Under the pieces are notes generated by a model. That model saw only the letters and a program-made list of their open reading frames with translations, was not told the origin of the DNA and ran no database searches. DNA of 64,000 bases. It comes from Vicugna vicugna. Taxonomy: Eukaryota. The stretch is taken from NCBI GenBank assembly GCA_013265495.1, contig MU058669.1:914234-978233 (forward strand), in the 5' to 3' direction. Positions within the stretch are counted from its first letter, which is position 1, and the number at the start of each line of letters is the position of its first letter. Below, piece by piece: positions 10,706 through 23,322 of this stretch. Made by a program: the position numbers and the translations under genes.

Positions 10706-12554
10706 AACAGCAAGAACTAGCATTTATCGCGCATTTACTCCGCGTTGGGTCCTGTGCCCACTCTTTATACACGCTTCACATATCTGGTTTCTTAGTGCCT
10801 GTTGCACGATGTACAATACACAACTGCTTTGTTGACTATTGAGCTTTTTAAAGTTAGAGATAATGTTCTAGGACAGATGAAAAAAATTCTCTATTTTAGT
10901 TACTGGAGGTAAAGGTGGGAGTTTGGGAGAAGGAAGTGACTCCAGGAAGATCATAGGGAATTTGTCTTTTTTTCCCCCATGGAGAGTGTCCAAATCTGGA
11001 ACTAAGGAAACACAGTGTATTCCATGGGCCAGACTATAAGAGCCTTTTATATTACAAATAATTCAATGTATAATCAAAATGGCCAAATATATCCTATCCA
11101 GCCCACACATGGTTGAATCAAAGAATGCTAAAGTTGGGAGGAACTCGAAGATTCAGCTTATCCAAACCCTTGAGGGGAGAGCAAGAGAAGCCTGAGGCAA
11201 ATGCATGGTGGGCACAAAGTCAGCCCCAAGGTCAGAGACACCTCTTTTCCAACCACAAGGGAAGACTCTCAACTTACTGAACGTCTGTTCCCAGTCCTAT
11301 TCCTTCTTTGGCAATGCCGCTAACTGTGGACTGCCTTCATGTCTTTTGTATCTTCTCCGTCCATGGCAGCCCTCAGCTCTGTACGAGGCTGAGAGGCAGG
11401 ATGACAGGAACTTTAGTAGGTGCTTGAACAGGTGGTACCAAGAACACTTGCCCATGTGGCTCCTGCCTGTGGTCCTGTTTCTCTGTGTGCAAAATGTGAG
11501 AAGAGGGCTGGACTGTATGGATCCAATGTTTTCCCACAGTCTCAAAATCCTCCAATTCCTATTTATTTAATCTGGGATTTAGGATCCTAGTTTTCTTTCC
11601 TAAGACTCCCAGGGGAGTGGAGGGGGTCTTGACACGGTGTGCTGGCACAGGATCTGGGAGCTCTGTGAGCGAGTTTCACCTCCTCCGTCACTCACGCTGT
11701 GACCTTGAGGCAAACCACTTATGTGCTTCATGGCCATTTCCCCAATGAGAACACTCCCACTCTACCTCTGTGGGTGAGTGTGAGCTAAATTAAAACAATA
11801 GATGGGAAAAAATGCGTTGAGAAAAGTAGCAAAGGGCTATAAATACACCCATGTGTGTGTGTATATATATCTGTATGCATTATTAATCATGTTATTATCA
11901 TCGTTATCCGTATTATTCTTCACAACTCCTTCGTGGGTAATGGGGGACCTATGACTAATGAGAACCAGCTTCCACCGACTGCAGAAAGAGAGCTGAGAAG
12001 GTGCCCGGCTCCAGGCAAAGACCTGCTGACTTGACCCTCAGTCTGGCCCATGATAATTCTCTCCAGAGACTTTTATTTCTTAGGGTTAAAAAGCACATTT
12101 GATTCTGGTTGATATTTTCCTGGGCCAAATATAGAGAATAAGTTGGTCCCATGGAATAAAGAAACCAAATCCAAAGTCTAATAAACAAAAAACATAGAAG
12201 GTACTTTTTACTGGGATGGGGTTCTCAAAGCATTTGTGGCTGATTTCTGATCTGTTCCTGTGAAGGAGGCCAGGCTTTGGGGAAATGATTATTGATAAAA
12301 CCTTATATGTGCCTGACACTTTATAGTTTATAAAGGATGTTCATATTTTTATTGAAAAATTCAAGTCAATTAAATATTTATCAAATGCTACTTGGAGCAA
12401 CGTATTATAATGAACGTTATTCGATACCCCAGCAACCTCTTGGAAGGACACAGACTACGAAGTTTTTCCTCCATTTTTAGGAGAGGAAAGGGAAACACAG
12501 AAGTTGAAACAATGGGACAAAGTCAAATTTTAAAACAGAGATTAGATCACATGA

Positions 12555-13170
12555 CACGTCTACTTACAGCCTTCCAGTGGCCTCTCATGCGCTTAAAATA
12601 AAATCCAAACTTCTCTCTGTGGCCTCGCAGGCTCTGCCTAATCTGCCCTTTCTCTCCTCTGTCTTCCCAGTCTGATCCTCCATCAGTCTGTGCCTTGCCA
12701 AAAATGCTCTAGTTACCTGGCTGCCTCTCAGTGCCTCAAACTCCACCACTAGGCTTCTTCCTACCACAGGACCACTGCATGCATTGCTTCCCCTCACTAG
12801 AATATTTTTCCCTCAAATTTTTGTAGAGCTAGTACCTTCTCAGCCTTTGAGACTGGGCTTATATCTCACCACCTCAGAGAGGGTTTTGATTGACTACACT
12901 ATTCAAACAATACCCCCTTTTACTTTTCTTAACACATTGCTCTTTTCTTCAGGGCGTTTATGTCTCACAATTATGACATATATTTAGACATTTATTTGTT
13001 GTGTGTGCATGTAGATGTGTGTGCGTATCTTCTTTGTCTGTCTTACACCATTAGTACTAAGGTCCATAAAGTCAGGAGTCTTGTCCCTGTTACTCACTAC
13101 TGTATTCCCAAAGATTGTCAGAGCCTGCTACAGAATAGGAACTCAACATATAATGAATGAGTCAATGAGT
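12555..13170 (+). mobile_element. LINE2 (L2a-like) 3' fragment
   Basis: ccttccagtggcctctc..aataaaatccaaactt..cttgtccctgttactcactactgtattccca..aggaactcaaca..tgaatgagtc. Confidence 0.8.
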
Positions 13171-13656
13171 GAAGTTTATAAACTCTGGACCCGAGTCTCG
13201 AACACAGGTCTTGTGACTTCTGGTTTTCTGGTCCTTCCCTTTATTCTACATGATCTCCCTGCAACCCAAGCATTGGTACCCTCAACTCTGTGCCTCAGGA
13301 TGGGAATACGCAAGAGGTCTGTTTTTTCTCATATGAGGGAGGACCTGCAAACACACTAACATACAGCATGTGAAAGAGGATAGTCTCTTTTACAAATAGT
13401 CTTGGTTGTTGAGGGCCTTGCTTCAAAGGAAATTTACTAATTTTCTATATTGCAAAATTACAGCAGAAAGGCTCAGTGCCCATCCCCATTTGACAGACTC
13501 CCTGGCTGCTTAGAGGTAAATGACTGCAGGGCATGCCTGCTTTCTGTGCCCTTGGATTTGTGCTGAAGTTTGGATTATCACTGAGGAAACTGAAAAAATT
13601 TGGCAGATACTTAGAGCAGCTGTCAACTCACTTAATCCCCCTTTCTCTCCCAACTA

Positions 13657-13744
13657 TCCATCGATCAATCGATCGATCCATCCATCCATCCGTCTGTCCA
13701 TCCATCCGTCCGTCCGTCCATCCATCCATCCATCCATCCATCCA
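13657..13744. repeat. Imperfect (TCCA/TCCG)n tetranucleotide microsatellite
   Basis: Read directly: tccatcgatcaatcgatcgatccatccatcc..tccgtccgtcc..tccatcca. Confidence 0.95.
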
Positions 13745-14265
13745 GTATTCACTGAGAGTTCACTATGTATCAGGCAACCTGGCCAACTATTAGTAACCTT
13801 TCTAAAACACAAACAAACTAAAGTACGGCATGGGCTTGCTGTGAGGGTCAAAGGTTGCAAAATAAGTAACACCCATTAAAACAGTCAAGTCTAGAACACA
13901 TAGAAGGAATTATGATTAGTAGCAATGTGACTTAGCAAGTGGAGAGCAAGGGAGAGATGGAAGCTAATACAATTAAAGTCTAATGTGGCTGCTCATTTGG
14001 GGAATTATTTGGACATAGTCTTTACTTTTTGTAACAATTAATATATTCTACAAAAATTTCAATGATGTCGAAGAAAGGTTTCTGTGATGTGACTTGTTTC
14101 AATAAATAGTCCCCACTCTTTCCCAGGGAAATAATTCAGAAAATTAAAATAGAAAATACTGCTGAAAGTAGGTGTCAATGATTGGAATATTATTTAAAAT
14201 GGAAGTACAGAGTCCAAAGCATTACGATAGTCAGCAAATGTCTTTGGACATTTGCATAGGCTATT

Positions 14266-14878
14266 TTTTTTTTTTACCGTTCTATGATTTCACTAGAATA
14301 ATTTTTTTAATTGTATAGTCAGTTTACAACATTGTATCAATTTCTGGTGTATGTACAGCATAGTGTTTCAGTCATACATAAACATACATATATTTGTTTT
14401 CATATTCTTTTTCATTACAGATTACTACAAGATATTGAATATAGGTCCCTGTGCCACACGGAAGAAACTTGTTCACCTATTTTATATATAGTAGTTACTA
14501 TCTGCAAATCTCGAACTCCCAATTTAGCCTTTCCCATCCCTTTTCCTGCTGGTAACCATAGTTTTTTCCCATGTCTGTGAGTCTGTTTGTTTTGTAAATA
14601 AGTTCCTTTCTGTGTTTTTATCTTTTTTAGATTCCACATATGAATGATATCATATGGTATTTTTTCTTTCTCTTTCAGGCTTACTTCACTTAGAATGATG
14701 ATCTCCAGGGCCATCCATGTTGCTGCCAATGGCATTATTTTATTCTTTTTTATGGCTGAGTAGTATTCCATTGTATAAATATACCATAACTTCTTTATCC
14801 AGTCATCTTTTGGTGAACGTTTGGGTTGTTTCCATGCCTTGGCTATTGTGTATAGTGCTGCTATGAACATTGGGTGCA
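14266..14878 (-). mobile_element. 5'-truncated young L1 (ORF2 C-terminus + 3' UTR + A tail), camelid-type
   Basis: ORF 14415-14879 encodes the L1 ORF2p C-terminus (PMFIAALYTIAKAWKQPK..WIKKLWYIYTMEYYSAIKKN). TSD tgca(t/c)aggctatt at 14253-14265 and 14875-14887. Confidence 0.95.
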
Positions 14879-17799
14879 CAGGCTATTGCCCTGCTTGCTC
14901 CTTCCTCTCGCCTCTTCTAGTATGCAAGTACAGTATGATTGTTTAAGACTCTGCTGCTTCCTAATCTCTCCCAGGAAGCATTTCCTAATCTCCTTAGGAT
15001 ATTTGCATATTTTCCTCTTCTTTCCAAATTCTCACAATGTATATAAACTAAATCCTAGAAATTCATAGTTAATTCTTTGCCTCTTGCGGGTTTTTTTCCC
15101 CCCTCATTTAGATCAAGTTAACTTTGTTTAGTGAACACCGTCATCATCATCTCTGTCTTAAAAATGGGAAGAATGAGTCTCACACAATTTAAATGGAGTA
15201 CAATGATTAGGTGACCAGCAGGTGATGGACGTCCAATTAGAAACTAGGTTTTTGAACTATCAGTCCGTTTCTCTTTATAGCACAATTCCCTGTATCTGAA
15301 TCAGTATGATTTGAATTGGGAATGGCAGATGAGTCTCGATGAGTGTACTTCTTCTTCCAGTGCTGGTGGTACACGTAAAGACCTGCTGTGTACAGGTCAC
15401 GAAAGCCTCCAGATCCAACATCCCTTTTGTGTAACCATCAGTCTAAGGTGGCTGGTGACCCTCATGCCCAAGGAAAATCCTCACTTCATTTCTGACATTA
15501 AACTGCAAAGAGCCAGAAAGCTGAGTGGCCCATATCTCTCAGGGAAGGTCAGGCAGTCACTGGGGCCAGGTAGTGGGAAGGGCCCCAGGATACTTCATGA
15601 AACTCTACTAGAGTTCAAGTTCTAGATCTGAGTACTAGTCCCAGCTCTGCTGAGAATTCCAGGTGACTCTTGCAAAAGGCCTGCATCCTCTCTGGGTCTC
15701 TGTTTCTTATTTGCAACACCACAGATTTCGGAAACTCTCTAAAGTGTCTCCTCTTGCTGATGTTCAGTGACCTTTTTCAGCCTTTAGGACCTCCCAGACT
15801 CTCAAGGAGTAAGTTCCCAAAATCTGAGGTGCTGGACTGTGGGGCTATTGAATTTTCGACCCTTCATAGGTCGTCAAAATGGTAAACAGCATTGCTGAAC
15901 AGGCAGTGTGCAAAATGTTTTTATTTCCCTACATAAGCTCATGGAATATGACTTCTGTTAAGAACCGAAAATCAGGCAATGAAGAGTTAAGCAGATAGGC
16001 AAATAGTGTTTCAGGCCTGGCTGAGGCTTTTGTGTCCCTTTGTCTGTGTCTGCGGTGGGGGTTGGGGGACAGCTCCCCAGGTAATTCAAGCATATTATTC
16101 TTTGTTTTAAACAGCTCTCTCTCTTTTTCTGTTTCTCATCTTGACTTCCAAGGGAGCGCTGTGCGTAGCACTACTGAGCTGAGGAAGATAAGGCCCAAGA
16201 GACCATCCCAGGATTAAATAGAGTCTCCTTGTGATTTAGAAGCCTGTGATTTCCAGCTCTAAATCAACATGAATTCTCCATTTAATTTGAATCATTGGGT
16301 TTTATGAGTCTGTTTCCCTTTCAGTTTATCAGCCAGATCCCGTCTTTCTCTCCCTGTCTCTAGCTCCCTCTCAATCTTTCCCCCACCCCGCTATGGTTTC
16401 AGTGTTGCGCAGGCAGAGAGCTCATACTCCGGCAAGGCTGAAAGGGACCTAGACCAAGCCCTGGGCAGCACAGATAGGGAAACTGAGACCACGTGGAGGC
16501 AAGAGATTTGTTCAAGGTCACCTGCCTGGTGGTTTCTTCTCTCACTCCCATCTGTATTGTGTTTCTCTCCCATCCCCTCTCCTTTCTTTACCTCAAACAA
16601 AGGCTTTTGTTAACTTCAATTGTTTATTCCTTCTTTCTTCCAGTAAAGAATCAGTTGTCCCCTTCAGGGGTTCACAGCAGCCTACTGAAACTTCAATTAA
16701 TCAGAGATCAGGTTACAAGACTCTTAAACCTTGAATTATTTCTCTGATTAGCTTTAAGGAGAAATAGATAATCTCTCTCCTTTCATCCCTCCTTTCTGTT
16801 TTTCACATATACCCAAGATACAGATACTAAGATTGCCTGTATTAAAATTTTTAAAATGCCTGCATTTAGCCTATTCTCCTGGAGAAAGATATTGATGGTT
16901 CAAAGAAAAAAACCCATACCTACTTCTTTGGATGCCCAAATTCAATTACTGGCCATTGAGGACTTTTTCTATAACGTAGCAGGGCATTTATCATTTTTAT
17001 TATTATTAAGGACAACAACAGAAACAATCACAAACTAGAACTGACAGTAGTCGCAGTCTTCCTCTCTGCACACAACAACATGTGGTGAAGTAGATATGAC
17101 AGTAATGCCCTTCTTGCTGATGAGACAACTGAGGCTCAAAGAGATTAAACAACGTTCCCAAAGTCATCAAGCTACCAAAATTACAGTTCTGAAACTCGAA
17201 ATGAAGTCTCCTGTTCCCAAACCCCAGTTGTTATCACCAAGTCACCTGTCTTGTTCTTGAATGTTTTTATTTGGTAAGAACTTTGGTCTTCGAGGGAGAG
17301 AACCTAGGTTTTGGGCCCCTTGCCAGCTGGGTGAGTTCCTCTTCCCTCAGTCATCCACCCTGTCTCTTGTGTGCTTCTGTTACAGACTCGTGGAGAGCTG
17401 CACTGGGACAGAGCTTTAGTCTTGCTGGTTTCCTGCCTCATCAGAGCACTTGGCATCCATCATCACAGTAAGAGTAATTCTCTTGTTGAACTGTCTCGTG
17501 CATCACTTTCCTGTCTCTCCCGTTACACCTGGAGCCCCTTGAGTGCACAAGCTGCACCTTATTCACCTTTAGGTGTCTTGTGGCTAGGACAGTGCCTAGC
17601 ACTTAGTAGGTCTTCAAAGTATGTTTACTAAATGTATCAAGACTCCAGTCCAGTACTCTTGGTTGACATGAGAGATGACTTGCCTAAAAATCTCATAGGG
17701 AGCTGAGGGCAGAACTGGAACTAGATGCCCCAGCTCTAGACTTTTTCCCTGCGTATTTCTGTGCGTGAGGTAGATGATGAGGATATCATGACTACTAAT

Positions 17800-17935
17800 A
17801 ACGGTTGCAGCCACCACGAGTCAGATGCTGACTAAACGCCAGGCACTGTGCTAAGTACTTTCCCATTTGATCTTCCCAGTAATTCTTGGAGGAGAGTTGT
17901 ATTTTTATCCCCACTTCCCAAGTGAGAAAACTGAT
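17800..17935 (-). mobile_element. MIR SINE fragment
   Basis: gccaggcactgtgctaagtacttt..tttatccccacttcccaagtgagaaaactga matches the MIR reverse complement. Confidence 0.7.
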
Positions 17936-19560
17936 ATATATATATAAATTGCTTTAGGTTGCAATTAGATTTCTTCTCACCTTGCAAATATGGCTCCCAC
18001 CCCCAACATAAAAAATGAAATAAAAGTCAGTACTGGGACAGGGACCAGAAGGCCTCTTCCTGTATGACTACAACACGCAGATGCCTGGCATCCTCAACAG
18101 TGGACGTCCTGGCCAAGAAAGCACGGATGAGGAGACATGCTCATTAGCTGCTAGCTTCAGACCTCTTAGGTCTCCTTTATTTGGGCTGTCACTCAACGTG
18201 GCCTTCTTTTTTCCAGTCCTCCCTCTTGTGAGCATCTCCTGGTGATGCTTATTTGTTTATCTGAAAGGCCAGGCTCCCTGGGATAGGCTCATTAAGAAGA
18301 CGTTCCCTTTCACGAGGGCTGGGGAGAACGGCAGGGATGCAGTGTCTCCCGCATGCCTCCTTCTTGCCATGCCAACATCACAATAGAAGGCGCTCAGCCT
18401 AGAGCCCACCTAAACCCAAGTCAGACAAAACGTACTCTGCTGGAGCCCAGCCGTGAGGAAGAATGAGCATTTCAAAGCCCTGAACACCTCTCACCTCCAT
18501 CATGTAAGCTTCCCTTAACCTTTCATCCCACAATGATGCATCCTTTGGATCCAGTCACAAAACCATGCCAGCTGAGGAATACAGCCATATGGTTCCAGTC
18601 AGGAGGGACCATAGAGATGTCGGATTAAGCGTGGCCACACCCTGGCATTGGTGCCGGCCACTCCCTGGGTCCCCATCCACAGCAGACAGCTCTCATTGAC
18701 TGTGACACTCTCTTCCCTGCCGAACTTGGATGGTGCCTCAGAATCCTTCTTAAAAAAGCACTCTGGGCAGAAGAGAAAAGTAACTCTCCCATTCAGGATG
18801 GAAAGCATAGAAGGGGCTAGAAAAGTAACCCCCTGCTTGCCAATTCAACTCTCTTTCTGCCACTGTAACTGTCTTGACAATGTCCTCTTTGGGGGTCGTC
18901 TCACGTGAATAAGCCTGAACATCACCAGAAAATTTTTAGCTTCCTGAGGGTGGCGCTTGGGTCGGCTGTTAATCTCCTAGGTACTCATTATGCTGAGTAA
19001 TGTATTCAGGTTACTTAGTTGACAAGAGAAATGAGTAGACAGACACCAGACCCCAAGTATATAAAGGAGACACTTGGAAATTTCAAAAAGGATTATAGGA
19101 ACCACCTTGGATTAAACAATTACACATTACACAAACATTCTCTGGATGAAATACATTAGAAAACCACTAAGGCACTTAGAATATTTCTAGGTGCCTAATT
19201 GGACCTCACCCAAGGGTAATCAGTTGTAAGAAGTCCAAAAGGCTTTGATGTGAGTTGGTTTCTTACCTATGACGGCAACTTCTCAAATTTTTCACCAAAG
19301 TCACATAAAAGCAGAGAAGGAGGATGTCAGGGATGGCCTTCAGGGATCTGAGGCTTAGTTCCAATCAATTCATGGGAAGCAAGACATTAGTTTGTAATAT
19401 CGTATATTATCCTGAAAATTCTTGTGGGTTTAGATTCTCCTCCAAATTATAGCCATGTTTATTTTGATTTAAAAAAAAGTTTTCTCCCAATTTTTAAAGT
19501 TAATTTGATGCTCCTGGGAGAAGTGACACGTTTATCCCAGGCTCCACACACACCTTCACA

Positions 19561-19869
19561 CAGAAGTCAGCTAAAATGGCCCTTGAGAAAAATCCAGCTC
19601 ACCACCTGTTTTTATAGTCTGTGAACTGAGAGTGGTTTTAATCATTGAAAGTGGTTGAAAAAATAATAAAAAGAAGAATATTTAGCGACACATGAAAGTT
19701 ATGTAAAATTCAAATTTCAGTGTCTATAAAAGACATTTCATTGGAACGTATTTGTTTGTGTATTATCTGTGGCTGCATGCTACCAAGACAGCATTGAGTA
19801 GTTGTGACAGAAACAAAGCCTAAAATACTTACTCTCTGGCCCTTTACAGAAAAAAGTCTTCCACTTCTG
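19561..19869. mobile_element. MER58B-like hAT-Charlie MITE
   Basis: cagaagtcagc..aaattcaaatttcagtgtctataaa..gagtagttgtgacaga..aaagcctaaaatacttactctctggccctttacagaaaaaagt..ctg. Confidence 0.85.
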
Positions 19870-19934
19870 TCTTGATCTGTTGGCTACCCTATGACCAAAC
19901 ATGTCCCCGTCACGGGAGAGTGTGCTATGTAAAT

Positions 19935-20155
19935 CACTAGTTCTCAACTGGGGGCACTTTTGCCTTCCAAGGCGCAGTTGGCAATGTCTGGAGATGTTTT
20001 GGTCGTCACGAGTGGAAGAAGGGGGTTTCTACTGGCATCATAAGTGTGAGCAGAGGCCAGGGATGCTGCTGAACACCCTTCAGTGGAAAGATCAGCCCCC
20101 AGAACAAAGACTCACCTGATCCAAACTGTCAGTACTGCTGAGACAAGAGACCTTG
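19935..20155. mobile_element. MER20 hAT-Charlie MITE
   Basis: gttctcaactgggggcactttt..ttggcaatgtctggagatgttttgg..tactggcatc..agaggccagggatgctgctgaacacc. Confidence 0.9.
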
Positions 20156-20369
20156 GTATAAGCCGCCTAATGCTGAAGGGTGACTTCTGTCTCCATCCTT
20201 CATTTCTTTCCTCATCTCCGTTAAACTCAAACTGACTCTTGGTATTAGTAAATCTGAGGGGATTATTCATTCAGGCCTGGGAGAAAAACACTCCATAAAT
20301 AATTATGAGGGATGAGGAAGGCTTCTTATTTCACTGCAGGAATTATTAATAAATATGTAAACATAATAA

Positions 20370-20590
20370 TAATTAGTTTTTATGAAGCACTTATGTGCTA
20401 GGCATTGGGCTAAGTATTTTATATTTATCCTATTACTTAGTCATTATTTCAGCCTTGTGAGATCATTATGACTCCCATTATGCAGATGAGGAAATTGAGT
20501 CTCAGAAAAGTTAACGGTCAATGGTCGCAAAGCTACCAAGGAGCAGAGCAGTGACTCATACCTAAGCAGTACAACTTTAACATCATACCA
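20370..20590 (-). mobile_element. MIR SINE
   Basis: tatgtgctaggcattgggctaag..cccattatgcagatgaggaaattgagtctcagaaaagttaa. Confidence 0.8.
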
Positions 20591-21479
20591 TGAACTTGCT
20601 AGAATACATATTGACTCATCATTTCCCTCCTTTGATGTGGGCAAAATAATTTAACTTGTCCATCCTGCATCTCTGCCATGAGGCAAAAGAAAGTAACTGG
20701 CACCCCGAAAGCCTTGCCTTTAAGACACTGTGCTTGGCACCGATGTCCTTTGCTATAAAATTGCTTTGTAAATTCAAGTGCATTGAACCACTTATAAGCT
20801 GGTGGGTCAGCAAAACTCTTTAAAAACTACATGATCCATGTTCTAGAGGCTTCTTGTAGGAAACACATAGCCTGTTGACTCAGTGAGATGTTAAAGCCAA
20901 TTAGCATCTAAATAGATTTCTTATTTCTCTCCCAGATATAATCAGAATTGGAAGTCATCATTAGAGGGTTAACTCTGAAAAGAAAGTAGATAGGTGTTTG
21001 AGGCAATGAATCTCAAAGACAGAGGATACTGCTCCCAATTTTGTCAAACCTGTCTTAGAACAGAAATGGCAAATACATTCGTTTACATGAATTAATGTGG
21101 ATTGTCTGACAGGCCACATTGATAGTTGGCTAAGAGCATGGACTCCAGAAATAGATCGTCTGCGTTCAAATCTCAACTTTGTTTACTATGAATCAGAAAG
21201 GCTGCACTGAACCTGTTAACTGAATATTAGCCCTGGGTTCATGAAGCTTGAACTGCAGTCTCAGCTCTGAAATAAACACTTGTGACCCTGGACAAGTCAG
21301 ATCACTTGTCTGGGCCTCTGTTTCCATAGTTGTAAAAAGGGAGTGATGGCACTTTCCCTCTATCTCTTTGGCTTTATGAGGTTCAACAGAGCTACTATAT
21401 TTACAGAAAAGATTGTTTGTAGCAATGTCTACTCATGGGAATATTTACAGTTCAGTGCCCAGGAATAGGAAAACTAAAC

Positions 21480-21586
21480 TATGCTATTGTCTTGTGCCAT
21501 TTTGTATAAGGAATTTGATCATCTACAGGTTTTGGTATCCACAGGGGTCCTGGAACCATTCCCCTGTGGATACTGAGGGACAACTG
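21480..21586. mobile_element. MER2/Tigger-family (Tc1-mariner) terminal fragment
   Basis: ttttggtatccacaggggtcctggaaccattcccctgtggatactgagggacaactg followed by TA, matching the MER2-type TIR end. Confidence 0.85.
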
Positions 21587-22099
21587 TATACAAAAAGCTG
21601 ATAATACACTGAGCCAAGTGACCAGCAGACACTGTTGCCAACAACTTCAAGAAATAAGTAACAAGCAAACACAAAAATGTAGCAAAATACAGGATTAGGG
21701 TTAATGTTATTAGCATTTTGTGTCTGGCTGCCCCTGGCTCAGCTGGGGCAGTCCGGCTGGAGTTCTACGCCTGACACAGCTGTTCAGAGCAGCTGGCCTT
21801 GGGTGCCTCAGCAGGGCAGTGGGAAGGGATACCTGTTGTTCTGACACCCAGAACAGAGCTTTGTTCCACGGAATACAGAGACTCTTAAAATAAACATTCA
21901 CGGGTTTTTTTGACCTGAAATTCTGGATGGTATCCAATGCCTGTCACCTTGCTGATCAGAGGCTGCCTACCCATGGTTGGTTTTATAAACCACACTGTTT
22001 ACGTAACTGCTGAACTGTAGCATGGACCCTTGGAGGAAATAAATTAGGAATGATGTGCTTGTAAATCTGGGCAATACTCCACAACTCCACTGGATTCAG

Positions 22100-22850
22100 A
22101 AGCAAAATATTTACTGACTACCACTATGTGCTCAATGCCTTGTCAGATGCTGAAGATGGGAGAAGGGGAATGATGTGGCCCCTCTCATCTGTGAGTTTAA
22201 GATCTAGTTGTAAGATACACACTTTTACCTGAAATTATAATGCAATTGAATGAAAACTGGCATAGGCAACAAATGTCACAGGTCCTCAGAACAAGGGGAG
22301 ATGACAGTGACCCAGGTGGATCTGATGTTCATATGGAAGCAGGATTTCAGCAGAGCCTTGAAGGCAATAGAAAAGATGGAAAAGGGCATTCATTCCAGGG
22401 TATGAACAAAGGCACATATGTTCATAAGAACATATATGCAACAGATTCTCTGTGAAGTGTTTCGGGGCTTGAACGTAAATGGCCTTCAAAGCCAGAGTTA
22501 GGATACGAATTTTACCTTGAAGGCAAGAGAAAGCCAGAAAAGATGAAAAAATCAGAGCACTTTAGGCAAATGGAAGGGTAGGAAGAGGGTTCAGGGAATA
22601 AGTTTGGATCTGCAGTGGTACAGGTGCAGGGTAGTGAGGCCCAAGACAAAGGCAGTGGCTGTAGAAATAGAAATGAAAGGATGTGTGTTGTAATTGAGGA
22701 AATCTCCTTAATTTGTGACTTTGTGAGTGAAGACTTACTGGAAACAAAGGAAAGAAAGGAATCAGGATGGCGTTATAATAAGAACTTGATGACAGCATCA
22801 TTAGTCTTCTGACTCAGTGAAAACCCATCAGAAACCATCTGAATCACTAA
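22100..22850 (-). mobile_element. LINE2 fragment (degenerate)
   Basis: aaatatttactgactaccactatgtgc.. followed by a purine-rich reverse-complement L2 body. Confidence 0.6.
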
Positions 22851-22882
22851 ACTGCTTCTGATGATATTTTGATAAACTAGAT

Positions 22883-23035
22883 CAGTGTTTCTCAAGCTTT
22901 AACATGCACAGAATTTACCTGGGGGCCTTGTTAAAACAGAGATTTTAATTCACTAAGTTTGAGGTGGGGCCTGAGAGTCTGCATTTTTGACAAGTTCCCT
23001 GGTGACACTGATGCTGCTGGTATAAACCGTAGCAA
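22883..23035. mobile_element. MER5A1-like hAT MITE
   Basis: cagtgtttctcaagcttt..cttgttaaaacagagatt..gaggtggggcctgagagtctgcattttt.acaagttccctggtga..tgatgctgctgg. Confidence 0.85.
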
Positions 23036-23322
23036 GAGGTTAGAGTTACTTTTCTTTGATTTTCATGCCAGTGTCAACAACTATATTAGGACTTCTTAAA
23101 TCAGATGAATTGATGGAACGAACATATTAATGGTCACCTGCAATCTTTACCTTAGTTAACAGGTGAGGACTGCTTAGTGTCCCTTAATTGGAGGAGTGCT
23201 AGGCCAAGAGTCAGCAGACTTGGGTGTTAGTCTTAGCTCTATCACTGTTTATAGTTCCTTGAGCAAGAAAACATGGAATAAGAACTCAAGTCCACTGCTC
23301 AGTTCCTATATGCAAGAGCACC

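Noticed and set aside
13520..13879. ORFs with SIHP/WMDG repeats
   Set aside because: Translations of the (TCCA)n microsatellite.
14415..14879. 154-aa ORF as a host gene
   Set aside because: It is the L1 ORF2 C-terminus reading into the 3' UTR of a 5'-truncated element.
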